The notes beneath the pieces were generated by a model, which saw only the letters and a list, made by a program, of their open reading frames with translations, made no database searches and was not told the DNA's origin. Position numbers and translations under genes: made by a program. From Octopus sinensis (Eukaryota): 64,000 nt of DNA. Position 1 is the stretch's first letter, and each line of letters opens with the position of its first letter. Shown here in pieces: positions 39,726 through 55,037 of the stretch. The stretch spans positions 15,500,001-15,564,000 of the forward strand of contig NC_043006.1 in the NCBI RefSeq assembly GCF_006345805.1. The letters run 5' to 3'.

Positions 39726-40204
39726 CATTTAAATTGTACATGTATTTGTGGTCTGAAAATATCACTCAAATCCACACTAAAAACACACTAGATAAATACA
39801 TTATTATGAAATGAAGTTAGTGGAAACCATTTCCCTTAGAGAAAGTCATCAGCGGATCGAGGGGTTGATCTTTGAACTGTAATCTAATAAAAAGCATTTT
39901 CCTCCTAAAGTGCGCCTTCTATACGAAATATAAGTATCTTAATCACTTCACTATGCCTCACTCCCGTATTTGTACTACGTCAGTTGTGGGTAAGTACCAG
40001 GTTGTTATTTACTTAGTGGAAACTGAATATTCCGGTATTGGACTTGAATGATATAATAGAATTCATTCGAGAATGCAGTATAATGCATGGCCATCAAACA
40101 AATTCACCATGAAAGGAAATTCACGTCTGTTTAGCTATATTCGTAATTGATAAACATTTCCTTACAACATTCTTCCTCGTTTCTCTGTATACATACATTT
40201 CCTT

Positions 40205-41064
<860 letters not shown>

Positions 41065-41325
41065 TAATGTAGGATGAAAGTTTTCGAAAAAAATTCTATG
41101 AATTGTCAGCATATTACAAAATACCTTTAAAGATTAAATTTATAAAGAATTTATAAGTAAGGGCAAAAGAAAAAATTATAATGCCAAAATATGCCGAAAA
41201 TAGACATAACGTCAATAACCATGTAATTTATCACTACAGGCACGCGTTTCGAAGAAAGCCGACAGAAATTTCTAAAAATTCCGTTATTACCATATCGGAC
41301 CTGATTTCAGAGTTAGTTCATAAGA

Positions 41326-41413
<88 letters not shown>

Positions 41414-41942
41414 TATAGATACATATATATATATATATATATACTCTATCAAAATTTCGACATACTTTGTATTTAGCCAAATGCTTCTTCTTTCATATTA
41501 TTCTCGGAGTACGCAACTATTTTCTTTCTGTTGTCTGAAAGAACAGTGTTTTGTCGAAATATTATCAAATTTTGCATTGTGACATAAAACTCCAGTCGAC
41601 AGAACAATATTTTCCTTCCAATAAACTTTATATGTGTACGTACATACACACATAAAAAGAAAGTGTGAGTGGAAGAAATGGAAATGTAACGTGGGAAAGA
41701 TTAACTGAAAAGGATATCGAACATTAAAGACAGAAATTCTTTCATCGCACTTAGCGACCAGGTTCATCATAGTTTCTGCGTGATTACAGTCAAAAGAATT
41801 TAAGTTCAAGTGTACTACTCCTTCAGTTTCACCATGGAAAGGGAATATCACTGAAATGATGTACAAACAAGGACTAAAACTGAATGACAAAAACGTGCAT
41901 ATGAGACGGAAAGCTATGGACAGAGGATGAATACAGTAAATA

Positions 41943-42004
<62 letters not shown>

Positions 42005-42008
<4 letters not shown>

Positions 42009-42291
42009 CGTGATCACCGTGACCGACCAGGCTATCAGATGTTGTTACACATCGCTGGTCACAATGCGCTTCACATTGTTTTAGCCTTCAAATGACGCCA
42101 CCCCGCTACGCGAGCAGGCCAACAGAAGGAAGAGTGAGAGAAAGTTGTGGCGAAAGAGTACAGCAGGGATCGCCACCACCTCCTGTCGGGGCCCCGTGGA
42201 GCTTTAAGTGTTTTCGCTCAATAAACACTCACAACGCCCGGTCTGGGAATCGAAACAGCAATCCTGCCCTAACCATTGTGCCATTGCGCCT

Positions 42292-42293
<2 letters not shown>
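42005..42293 (-). mobile_element. SINE family C2 (C head, different tail ending cacggtgatcacggtga) inside (TA)n
   Basis: Homologous to 62102-62412; (TA)n on both sides. Confidence 0.9.
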
Positions 42294-42332
<39 letters not shown>

Positions 42333-44177
42333 GTTTACAAATTTTGGATTTTACCAATTGGACCACAACTTCAATTGCAGGACAACCTTATTTACTGGAG
42401 TACACATAGAAAATTATATCCAAAATACTAATCTAATAATATAGGCATTTTAAAGCCTACTATAACATTCTTTTAAGACATTATCTCGAACCAAATTAAC
42501 CAATGCTTTTATAAAAATGGGGTCTGTCAAAGTGAGATTTAGCTGCTACTTCGTGCAGAACAGACTACAGCAAAGAGGTCATTGTACTTTCCTGGCTGTG
42601 AATCAGTTTGGCTCTATGAAAGAAAAAAGAAAATTCTTCAAAACAGACTTCGAACATAGTCTCACTTTGGTATTTTATAGTGAAGTAATATATGTTTAAA
42701 TCGATGTATTCTCAGTCGCGAGACAACAGAAAGCTTCAAGGGGATTGCCCCATCATTTGATTTCAAATTAGCTATGGTATTTTGAAATCAAATAATTATG
42801 TTACAAATAACATGAGGAAAGATACAGAACCTGTGAACTTTTATTATATCCATCACTTCTTAATTTTGTGTATTCCCTATGCAAAATTTCTTCAGATCAT
42901 GAAAATAAAGAAATAGATTTTCGTACAAAGTAAAATTTTATTCATTTCTGTTGCATAGTAAGATAATGAAATATTCTCCAGGAAATAATTTTGTAAAATA
43001 CTAAGAACAGAAAAAAGTTATAAGTCATTGTTTTCAAAATTGTCACCGATATTATAATACATGGCCTTCATAATCACAAACCTCATTGTTTTGATAATAT
43101 AATGAACTGTTTAAACTCACACCTCTAATTTCCTTGCTAAATTGTATTATATTAGTAGCAATATTTAATGTGCGTTATGTGTTAATCAGCTTTATAATCA
43201 CTGTCATTATTCCCGCCACGCCATCGTCATGATCTTTATCTTTATCATCATAATCATCGTTGATATCATCGAATTTTTTCTCTAAATTCGCATCCATCTT
43301 TATTTTATAAGTGATGTATCGTCTGCGTTTATACGTGACATATCGTCTGCGTCTTGGTGTTTTTGTGTTTTACTTCGAACATTGTCATTATTTTCAATCA
43401 AGTCTAAGGTATGAAATTAATTGGTTGATTGTCATCTAGTTACAAAATTACTCTTTCAAAATATCTCAAACGATTTTTGTTGTTAGTTCAGTTGTTACGT
43501 AGGAGTTCTTTTAATTTTGTTTCCTCAAAACATGATAAATTCATTCAGATAGGAAAAATCACTTTCGTGTACACATACATACATACATACATACATACAT
43601 ACATACATACATACATACATACATAATGTGTGTGTGTGAGTGTGTGTAAAGGCAATAGGAAAATAAAAATGAAATATTTAACAATTTGAACAGTACTAAG
43701 TTAATAGCGATCCATGAAATTAATCATTAATTTAGAATGATGAAAAGAAAGAGGAAAATTTACTTTAAACAGTGCTTTACACTGATTATATTGTAATTGA
43801 GTAGATTATATTAGTTCAAAATTGTGTTACGTGGTATTTCAAAAATAGTATCTCTGCATCAACAAAATATAATTCTGTTGGCATAATCAAACTGCTGATA
43901 AAATTATTGAAAACGCAGAAAATCGTAGCTTTTAGAAGTACTGCTTCAATTTTCTCATTTCATTTTGTTTGATCCAAACCACGCACATTTAATATTCAAA
44001 GAACCCGAGTAATAAATGCCTCTGTAAAAGACTGACTATTTCAATTACTTTTGGATTTTAATTAGACGAGAATAGGTAGCTGCCAGCACTATTTCTAAGG
44101 TCCTGAAGCGCTAGGATCTTTGGCACTGTGCAGTGTCGAGCCGTTCTGGCTTTGTGTAGCTTTCAATGCCAAATACC

Positions 44178-44410
44178 TATTTCTTTATTACCCACAAGGG
44201 GCTAAACATAGAGGGGACAAACAAGGACAGACATAGGTATTAAGTCGATTACATCGACCCCAGTGCGTAACTGGTACTTAATTTATGGACTCCGAAAGGA
44301 TGAAAGGCAAAGTCGACCTCGGCGGAATTTGAACTCAGAACGTAGCGGCAGACGAAATACCGCTAAGCATTTCGTCCGGCGTGCTAACGTTTCTGCCAAT
44401 TCGCCGCCTT
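44178..44410 (-). mobile_element. SINE family D monomer
   Basis: Matches 14563-14795; tail followed by ggtattt on the minus strand. Confidence 0.9.
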
Positions 44411-44788
44411 CAAAATCTAAAACGACATACCATGCAACGAAAAGAAGGCGAAAATGACTATCACAAAATTCTCGAAGACGGCTGCATGCCACACTATCAC
44501 TCATTGGTTGATTGAGTTGAAAATTAATCAATAAAACGTTATCACGAAGCAAACGGCCACGGCTCCCTTACACTTTTATTTTTAAGTTATACGTATTTTG
44601 TCAGACACGCAGTAAGACTCGACTAAGATACTCTGTTGTCGGTCGCTGCATGACTGACTGATATGTGTGTGTGTCTGTGTGTGCATATGTGTGTATATGA
44701 GTTTATGTAATATATATATATACATGCAAATCTATGTGTGTAACTCCCCTCATCTCTCTTTCTCTCTCTTCTCCATCTATCTGTCTGA

Positions 44789-44820
<32 letters not shown>

Positions 44821-44926
44821 ATACACATATATATTTAAATATATACATACATATATAATATATGTATATATATATATATATATATAAATAGAAGTATATA
44901 TATAATATAATATAAATATAAGTATA

Positions 44927-44973
<47 letters not shown>

Positions 44974-45504
44974 ACAAACGCTACACATTATGCTGACTAC
45001 TATCTTGATTTTGTAAGCAGCAACATTTGTCTTTTGCATACATGCGTAAATACACCCACACCCACTTACATATAAATTAAAGAAGGAAAATGCATACAAT
45101 TTACATAGTTTGTAGCGATTTTATTTACAGAGGTAAGGAAACGTAATTACTGAGAGACTGCCAGTAGCAACCTGTTTGTTGAAAATAATACGGCTGAATG
45201 AACTCATAACTACCAAGTTAACACGTCTCGATTATAGAGTGAACTCTCCTGTAAAAAAAAAAGTGATATTTTGTGAAGGGTTATTCCAAACCTGCAACCT
45301 GGTAAATTAGTAATATATGATTCTAGACTATGAATTTATTTGATCATAATTTTAGCTTTATTATTAATGGTTTATTTGTCAGAGAACTCACGTCGCACAT
45401 TCTGCGACCTCTTCAGTGACTATTTGTTCTTCGGTTCTCATCTTCTCTCCGGTCTTCTCCTGTCTATTCCATCATATCTTTCCGTGGTATTCTACTGATA
45501 TCGT

Positions 45505-45680
45505 AGAAAATTCGGATGGTATATCAAACAACAGACTGAACCTTTGATTGTTACTATTAGAGATAGCAACATCATGTCTAGTGAAAATGTGACCCATCCA
45601 GGAGAATTTAGGAAACAAGATTGAGAGCGAAATTACAAAATTAGCCAGAGCAAGTGCAACCGAGAACTCTGAGAAGTAAA
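45505..45680 (+). mobile_element. Old Dong/R4-like fragment (post-RT region) ending in (TAA)n
   Basis: Manual translation KFGWYIKQQTEPLIVTIRDSNIMSSENVTHPGEFRKQ resembles the GWY...EPLL motif of Dong elements, recalled from memory. Confidence 0.45.
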
Positions 45681-45700
45681 ATGATAATAATAATAATAAC

Positions 45701-45786
<86 letters not shown>

Positions 45787-45903
45787 TGGTGATAATGATG
45801 ATGATAATGATGATGATGATGATGATGATGATGATAGTAATAACAATAATAATAACAATAATAATATAATAATAATAATAATTATAATAATAATAATAAT
45901 AAT
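45681..45903. repeat. (TAA)n/(TGA)n trinucleotide repeat
   Basis: Direct reading. Confidence 0.95.
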
Positions 45904-46050
45904 ATGCTTGATACCACTAACACTGATTCTGAGGAGAGCAAAAGCTGGATATATATTCAAAAGCAGCCAACTAAAAGTCAACCACTTGCTATTCATGGAT
46001 GACCTCAAACTTTATGGTAAAGATGAATCCCAAGTCATTTCCCTCGTTCA
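45904..46050 (+). mobile_element. Dong/R4 RT core fragment following (TAA)n
   Basis: MIPLTLILRRAKAGYIFKSSQLKVNHLLFMDDLKLYGKDESQVISLVHTV. Confidence 0.85.
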
Positions 46051-46716
46051 TACGGTGTATACGCCAGCCGCATCCCCTGTTCGAAGGTTATAATGGACAC
46101 AGGTTCGTGTGTCATATAGCTAGCTAGAGGCGATGGCTTCTTGGAGCTAATCAACGGCAGCTTTAATCTTATATTTATGGACTGCCATATTAGCTTGGCG
46201 ATAACTGTTAATTTCCAGTACCGCTGACGTAGTCTCCTTTAGAGAGATTTAGAAATGTTCATATTTCTACAGTTTATTTCTCATAAACTTTAATAACAAA
46301 ACCATTTATGGACCCGAAAAGGTCATATGAACCTCAGTTTGGAATCACTGCTTTAAACAAATATTTCTTAGTTTTCTAGAAATTTTTCACTATGTTGCAG
46401 TTTTAAAATCACCATGGAATTTCCAAGGGCACAGCTAGTTATTCATGATAAAATTAAAGGGAATTAGTTGACAGAACTGTTACAGTCAAACAAAATGCTC
46501 CGTGGCATCTCTTCCGACTTTATATCGTGAGTTCAAATCCTGCCGAGATAAACTTTACCTTTCATCTCTTCAGTCCCGATAAAATAAAGTACTCGTCGAT
46601 TAATGGGGCTCAGTATAATCGACAAATGGTTCCTGCTCAAATTGTTGGTCTTGTATCAAAATTTGAAACAATAATTAAAATCAAATTTAAATTTAAAGTG
46701 TACCGTAGATTCGATT

Positions 46717-46769
<53 letters not shown>

Positions 46770-46850
46770 TATGTGTGTGTGTGTTGTGTGTGTGTGTGTG
46801 CGTGTGTGTGTAAATATATGTATAATAATATATATATATATATTATATAT

Positions 46851-47050
46851 ACTCTTTTACTCTTTTACTTGTTTCAGTCATTTGACTGCGGCCATGCTGG
46901 AGCACCGCCTTTAGTCGAGCAAATCGACCCCGGGACTTATTCTTTGTAAGCCCAGTACTTACTCTATCGGTCTCTTTTGCCGAACCGCTAAGTGACGGGG
47001 ACGTAAACACACCAGCATCGATTGTCAAGCGATGCTAGGGGGACACACAA

Positions 47051-47089
<39 letters not shown>

Positions 47090-47262
47090 CACATATATAC
47101 GACAGGCTTCTTTCAGTTTCCGTCTACCAGATCCACTCACAAGGCATTGGTCGGCCCGGGGCTATAGCAGAAGACACTTGCCCAAGATGCCACGCAGTGG
47201 GACTGAACCCGGAACCATGTGGTTGGTTAGCAAGCTACTTACCACACAGCCACTCCTGCGCC
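46851..47262 (-). mobile_element. SINE family A, full length, within TA-rich tracts
   Basis: Near-identical to the reverse complement of 34703-35114. Confidence 0.92.
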
Positions 47263-48299
47263 TATATATATATAAAATAATATATTTATATATATATAAT
47301 TGTATATATACATATATACATGTATACTTATATATACGTATACATGTATGTATATATATATATCATGAGATAAAAATAAGTATGTATAATAGAAGAAAAG
47401 TACTGGAGCATTGGAATGTTTTTGCAGCAGAGTAAACATAATAATATTATATCATTCTCCTATATTCTGACTTCAACTCTCGTTTCTCTGAAGTCAATCT
47501 TGATTTATGCACTTTTGTGACTGGGTTTGTCTTGCAATCTGATGATTGATTCAATCGACTAAGATCCTGAATATCCCATGTGGCCTTGGTTTCGTGTGGG
47601 AAATGCAAAATTGAAATATGTTGGTGAGAGATAAAAAAAATATTGAACGGTATATGGCAAATATATATGAAAGTGTTGTACTACTCCTAGACAAGCGTTT
47701 GATGTTTCTTTGCCCCATAACATGGTAGCATATATTATTGTATGTATATAATACTTGTCAGCGCACACTACTTGTTGTTGAAGATTTCTTGCGATTATAG
47801 AATCAATATATTAGTATTATAAATCTAGTTGTCTCGCCTCGGATTTACTTTGATCACTAAAACTATGATCAAAGAAATTCTAATCGTAAATATGATTTTA
47901 TGGCAATATAGGATTGTACTGTAAAATATGCCCTTCCCTTAAAAAAATTAAAAAACAAACAAGGTGTGATTTAATTTATGTTTAGCACGTCCAGTGTTCA
48001 CGTATATTGTTCTTATGTAAACATAGTTGTTTTTAGTCTGGGCTTGGTCATTGGGAGGACGACAATTAAAGATGCTCCTGCCATAAGCATCCTCTCACTT
48101 TTCAGATAAAGTATATATAAGATCATATTAACCGATGTATACACTTTTAAGGCGTTAGGATACAATTTCTGGAACATCTACATGGTTTTTGTAGAAGGTT
48201 AAAAATATAAGTGTTTTCTCGTAAATCTACAAAATTGCTTTGATAAAAAGCATGTTCTTATTGAAGTATACGTAAGGTGCTTTTGCAAACAAAAGCATT

Positions 48300-48380
48300 T
48301 TTACTTATATATATTATATATATATATATATATATAATATATATATATACATGTATACACAAGCACATAAAAGATCTTTA

Positions 48381-48420
<40 letters not shown>

Positions 48421-48621
48421 TATATATACATTACATATAACATATACATATATATAGATATTTACACACACATATATATATATTATATTTTATACATATA
48501 TGCATACCACACATAATATATATTGATACATATATGCATTCATATACATACATACATGCATATATATATATATATATTATATATATATATACATTATACA
48601 CAAGCACATAAAAGATCTTTA

Positions 48622-48659
<38 letters not shown>

Positions 48660-49090
48660 TATATATACATACATATATACATATACATATATATATATAT
48701 TACACAAACATATATATATATTTATACATATATGCATACACCACATATATATATATTGGATACATATATGCATTCATACATACATACATGCATATATATT
48801 ATATATATAATATATATATATATATTAATATATACACAACCACATAAAAGATTTGGTACACATATCGATAAATTTTCCCCCCGTTTATAAACTTTCGCAC
48901 TCTACTATGGACTTATGAATATATACACGCATACATATACACACAAATACTCACAAACACATAAATACATATTTCATATATATTATATATATATATATTA
49001 ATATATATTATATATATATATATTATCTATGTGTATATATATATATATGTGGTGTGTGTGTGTGTGTGTGTGATGATTGTGTGGGCGTGT
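48300..49090. repeat. TA-rich block with a tandem unit of about 240 bp (anchor cacaagcacataaaagat at about 48357, 48598, 48836)
   Basis: Direct reading. Confidence 0.85.
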
Positions 49091-49930
49091 GTGTAAATAC
49101 TTATGTGCATATTTCACAGTTGTGAAGCTGAGAAGTGTTCAATTCAAAAGCATGCGGAGCTGAAGTATTTACCCAGAGTTAATCTGTCTCCAGCTCTTCC
49201 ACTTTGACTACTTATATAATCTGGGGATTACACAAATTTGCCTATGAGTAAGCTTCAGATAGGATAGTATCCTCTCGTAGTTCGCGAGACACAGTTTTGC
49301 AATTTCTTATTGTACAACCTGTACAAATCATTTGTATAATAGTGATGAAATATTTGTGCTGTAATTTGCTCACTCCCTTCATCAATTCGATGTTGCCTGA
49401 ACATGTCAGGGTCGAAATGATTGCAGGGCAGCGTGGGTTTTTTTTTCAAGAATACAACGTACCATCCGTTCCAGGAACCGAAACCCCGATTTCGCTATCG
49501 TGTGTGTAATACCCAACCCATTAATTCCATGAGACCCCGCAACTTACAGATAACTCCAGCACAAACAAACGTGTCCAGGAACACCCATGCACTTATATAT
49601 GAATGTATATGAATGTTTGATCCAATTACTTAGGCAAAAAACGGGAGCTATTCGACGGAGGATCACCTATATACGCTATCAATCTCACGCCTCCGTACGA
49701 TCAGGATGTTTTTGAGGAAAATTAAGGCTTTAAATTAATGCCATTGTTTTCTGGATAGGAATTTGACGTATTCGTTGGCGCTTATTTGAACGACCCCGAG
49801 AAATGAAAGGCAAACTCGACCTCGGCGGAGTTTGAAAGCAGAAAGTAAAGACGGACGAAATGCCAATAAACATTTTGCCCAGTATGCTAACGATTCGACC
49901 AGCTCGCCGACTTAAATACGATGAAATATT

Positions 49931-50339
49931 ACTCTCTTTTACTTGTTTCAGTCATTTGACTGCGGCCATGCTGGAGCACCGCCTTTTAGTCGAGCAAATC
50001 AACCTCGGGACTTATTCTTTGTAAGCCCAGTACTTATTCTATCGGTCTCTTTTGCCAAACCGCTAAGTGACGGGGACGTAAACACACCAGCATCGGTTGT
50101 CAAGCAATGCTAGGGGGACAAACACAGACATACAAACACATACACACACATATAAATATATATATATACATATATACGACAGGCTTCTTTCAGTTTCCGT
50201 CTACCGAATCCACTCACAAGGCATTGGTCGGCCCGGGGTTATAGCAGAAGACACTTGCCCAAGATGCCACGCAGTGGGACTGAACGCAGAACTATGTGAT
50301 TGGTTAGCAAGCTACGTACCACACAGCCACTCCTGCGCC
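49931..50339 (-). mobile_element. SINE family A, full length
   Basis: Matches other family A copies. Confidence 0.92.
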
Positions 50340-50344
50340 TATTA

Positions 50345-51215
50345 GTTCAAAATTTTGTCGCAAGTACAAATTTTGGGAGAGGGGTAAATTGATTACATCT
50401 ACCTCTCCCATTACACCACTGGTACTTATTTTATCGATCCTCAAAGCATGAAAGGCAAAGTCCACATCGGTGGAATTTGATCTTAGTACGTAAAGACTGA
50501 CGAAATACTGCTAATTATTTAGTACGGCGTACTAATGTTTCTTATTGCTTTATTGCCCACAAGGGGCTAAACATAGAGGGGATAAACAAGGACAAACAAG
50601 GGATTAAGTCGACAACATCTACACCAGTGCGTAACTGGTACTTAATTTATCGATCCCCGAAAAGATTAAAGGCAAAGTCGACCTCGGCGGAATTTGAACT
50701 CAGAACGTAACGGCCGACGAAATACATATTTCTTTACTACCCACAAGGGGCTAAACACAGAGATTACAAACAAGGACAGAAAAACGGATTAAATCGATTA
50801 TATCGACCCCAGTGCGTAACTGGTACTTAATTTATCGACCGTGAAAGGATGAAAGGCAAAGCCGACCTCGGCGGAATTTGAACTCAGAGCGTAACGACAG
50901 ACGAAATACTGTTACGCATTTCGCCCGGCGTGCTAACGTTTGTGCCAGCTCCCCGCCTTGATTTTCTGACTGTATAACCCCATCATTTAAAACCATCAAT
51001 TATACCAGCTATTATCTGCTCACATTCAACAAATATCTATTATTGACATATTTCCACTGTCCCTACGCTCTGAGTTCAAATTCCGCCGAGGTCGACTTTC
51101 TCTTTCATCCTTTCGGGGTCGATAAATTGAGTACCAGTTGCGTACTGGGGTCGATCTAATCGACTGGTCCCTTCCTCCAAAATTTCGTTCCTTGTGCCAA
51201 GAGTAGAAAAGAATA
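50345..51215. mobile_element. SINE family D cluster: minus-strand trimer (50345-50959) and a plus-strand partial copy (51061-51215)
   Basis: Repeated aaggcaaagtcgacctcggcggaatttgaactcagaacg units; head at 50959. Confidence 0.85.
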
Positions 51216-51734
51216 TCTATTATTAACAGTTTCTGTTTAATAATAAATATTCCATAGAATGAATCTAACATTTCTTCTTTACCACCCAAGAAATAACACA
51301 CAACAATCTGAATTGAACAATAAGGGAATTCTCTGTCAGATCACACTTTAGTTCATTTCTATACACAAAGATTTTGGACCATATCTATCTTCTATCATAC
51401 AATAATGAATAGAATAAAATTAAAGACAAAAATATATTTCCATATTTGGTTTTGGGAATTAATGTATTGATTCCATAACGCAGGTGTCTTGGTTTCATAC
51501 CAGAACGGGATCCACGGTATTAATGCATGTTACACTATAATAGCATTGCATTACTTCTCTCTCTCTCTTTCAATCTTTGTCTCTATCTCTCCCTCCCTCT
51601 CTCTCTCTCTCTCTCTCTCATACTCACACATACACGCATACACAAAAGATAGAACATCTATTAACAGATCCGACACAAATTCATCTTCAGAGTGAGGGTG
51701 TTTGAATAAGAACTATATAGTTATATGAATGTGC

Positions 51735-52040
51735 ATGTGTTATATATATAATATATATAATATATATACATCAATGTATACATACATATTTTCATCAGTC
51801 AAGTAACAGACGTACACTATATATATATATATATATATATTTCTGTATATATGTATATATGCGATGTATGCACGTCTTATGTATATCTATATAATAATAC
51901 ATACATGTCCATGCACATATATACATACATTATACACATATATATACATATGTATATATATATAATATATATATATATTATATGTATGTATACGTAGTGT
52001 GTGTGTACATATATATATAACATACATACATATATATCAA

Positions 52041-52075
<35 letters not shown>

Positions 52076-52197
52076 GTGTATATATTGTATACGTATGTGT
52101 GTGTGTACATATATATATATACATACATGCATATATATACATATATATATATATGTATGTATGTATACGTATGTGCGTGTGTATATATATATATACA

Positions 52198-52232
<35 letters not shown>

Positions 52233-52924
52233 ATATATATATATATATCTATATATATATATGTATGTATATGTATATACACATACACGTAAACATATGT
52301 GTTTGTGTGCGTGTGTGTATGTGTACCTGTCTGTGTGCACATAATCCTTATTGCCTGTTCTGCTTTATTGGTTGAAGATCATCAATAGAGATATTGGCTT
52401 AACTTTTCATTCTTACAGAAACAGTTTACTTTTGAAGACATAAGGTCTTATTGATTACTTTCACCTGACTTGAAGAACATTTCTGTATGGACAATATACA
52501 TACACACACACAATATATCACAATATATTTGTATACATACGTACACATCCATAAGTCTATGCGTATGCACATGCTCGAAAGGCGTGTATGGGTAAAAGTA
52601 ATATTCTGGGTGTAAACAGCTCATTTGATCCTTTAAACTGTGACAGAAGAATTGGGGGTTGTCCTAATACAATAGTTATTGGTAGGAGTCAGATAATTTG
52701 CGCACCAGAAAATATAACAACAATATGCCAAAAGTGTTTGATCCATCGGGCCTGAAAGAATATGATCATCTGTGTAAATCCTACAAGCATTAATGCTCCT
52801 CACATACTCAGACACAGAGAACCCCGCCTAAACGTAAACACACACACGCACACACACATACAAATGTGTATATATAAATATATATACATGTGAGTGTTTG
52901 TGTGTGTGTGTGTGTGTGTTTATG

Positions 52925-52967
<43 letters not shown>

Positions 52968-53240
52968 TTCATACATACATGCATACATACGTACGTGCAT
53001 ATATATTATATATATATATAATTGTAGTCCACAATAAGTCTTCAGTGAAAACGCCTGGTAAAATCGGCTGAACGATCTACAATACTGTATTATATATGTG
53101 TGTGTCGTTGTGTGTGTGTCTGTGTGTGTATTTGTGTGTGTATGTGTGTGTGTCTGTATATTGTGTGTGATTGTGCGTGCGTATCTGTATGTATATATAC
53201 ATTATATAGATACATTATATAATATATATGTCTGTACACA

Positions 53241-53289
<49 letters not shown>

Positions 53290-53311
53290 ATATTATATGT
53301 ATATATATATG

Positions 53312-53373
<62 letters not shown>

Positions 53374-53420
53374 AACATACATGCATATCTATACATAAAT
53401 CGTACGCATATACATGTACA
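51735..53420. repeat. Microsatellite blocks 51735-52335 and 52845-53420 of (TA)n/(CTAT)n/(TG)n
   Basis: Direct reading. Confidence 0.9.
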
Positions 53421-54875
53421 TACGTATCAGTCAATATGATATGGAGAAATGTGTTGAGCTTTCATTGACATAGGGATTGCTGGGCGTAAATACTTTATAT
53501 AGCCGTTTCTAATCTTGTTCTTGAAAATAATACTTTCGAAAATGAAGCAAACGAATACCATTGCACATGTGTAATGGAGGTAAATCCAAACCAGTTGATG
53601 AGATTTACCGCCACGTTTGATTACATATCGATCCCAAGGAAAACTATCGAAATTGATTTGCGAGACTAATATTCTCCTAGAACGAGATATGGCGGTTTTT
53701 ATATATTTGCCTTTTCTATTTTCGCTTCGATTTACTTTAAACGCGGTGACTTTGCAAAGTCGTTTGAGTAACGAATAGACGGCTTTGTGATATTTTCCTT
53801 CAATTTCTGCCCTCTTAGTTCAAATGACACTGGAGTTAACTCTTCCATTTATTCTTTCAGAGGTCGATAAAAGAAGTACTGTCCTCGGGAGACTGATCGA
53901 CTGACCACTGAGTAATTCGGATTGAATGCATCGTGGTATTTTGTTTCAAGTCTTTGCAGTCTCAGTTCAAATCACTGTGAGCCCAAATTTGCTTATCATC
54001 CTTTCGGGACTGATAAAAAATCTCTCCATGACCTACACAGGTGGTTGATTTAAACCACTACTCGGTTTAACATCACCATTCAGCATCCTGCGTGCTTTTA
54101 ACGTAGTCCACTCTGTTGCAAAAATTTGCGCCAGATTTCTAGTTTGAGGATATCTTCCCTACTTCCTCCCGTTTGTCTTGGAAGCCTTTTAATGAGGGCA
54201 CAGGCACAGCCTGTTTTCCGTTCTGACTAAAAGATGAAAGAAAGCGGAAGTTATTGTAATTATTTTTGTTGCTGTCATTATCATTCATAACCCCGTGATC
54301 GTTTGTATTTATTTAAAAATAAATGTCTCCAGTTTTCCGAAGCTAATTACAATATCCAGCATGAACATTCTTTAATCTAGACAATAGGAAAGTAATTTGA
54401 TAGATACCTGGCTGCTATTTCTACCATACAGAAGTCGTGTAGTTGCCTTTTTGTTGTTTTAATGTTTAATAGTCAAACAATCAAAGATATTCCTGTTATA
54501 GTCATCCTGCCTCACATCTATATTTTCAAGCTACAAATGTTCATCTAATGTGTAATTTTTCCATTTTTTTAAAGACTGTAAGGAGGGATTTAAAATAGAT
54601 TTCGCTGCCATTTCTAGCGAGTCAAGCGACCAGAGTTTCCCATTTCGTAAACATTCCAGCCATTTGCTGTGTGCATGTCACGCAGGACCACATTAGCCAA
54701 TAAATCTTCTGAAAGCTTGAGATGTGATATGAGGGAGATTAGGCTGCTATTTCTTGAAGGTTGACAGACCAAGGGCAAGCTATCATAGTTGGCTTCTTAT
54801 TGTTCATATTGTTATTGGTGGTGCTGTGAATCACTGCTATGGTGAAATTTGTGTGTTTGTGGAGTTGATGCCGCA

Positions 54876-54907
<32 letters not shown>

Positions 54908-55037
54908 CGGTAGTAGAGGTTTGTATAATTTGTCAGTGTTCGTATTCTGTAGATATCCACAGAGTTTTTTTTCCTCACGTGAGTATTATTCATTGATCCC
55001 ACTATTTTTTCTAGGTGATAATATTTATGATTGCATG

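Noticed and set aside
39815-39862. Minus-strand CTGATGA-cttt(ctct)aagg-GAAA-tgg(ttt)cca, hammerhead-like
   Set aside because: U16.1 is replaced by C and no stem I can form in any topology.
45472-46008. 178-aa minus-strand ORF with hydrophobic stretches
   Set aside because: Built from the (TAA/TGA)n repeat and antisense to plus-strand Dong fragments.
46290-46352. hAT/Charlie-like MITE end (cagtttggaatcactg), similar word at 9901-9916
   Set aside because: Only one end is visible; no matching TIR or 8-bp TSD could be found.
53575-53615. Hairpin ggtaaatc...gatttacc with ttgatga in the loop
   Set aside because: An 8-bp stem is expected by chance at this scale; no C/D-box partner or ribozyme core.
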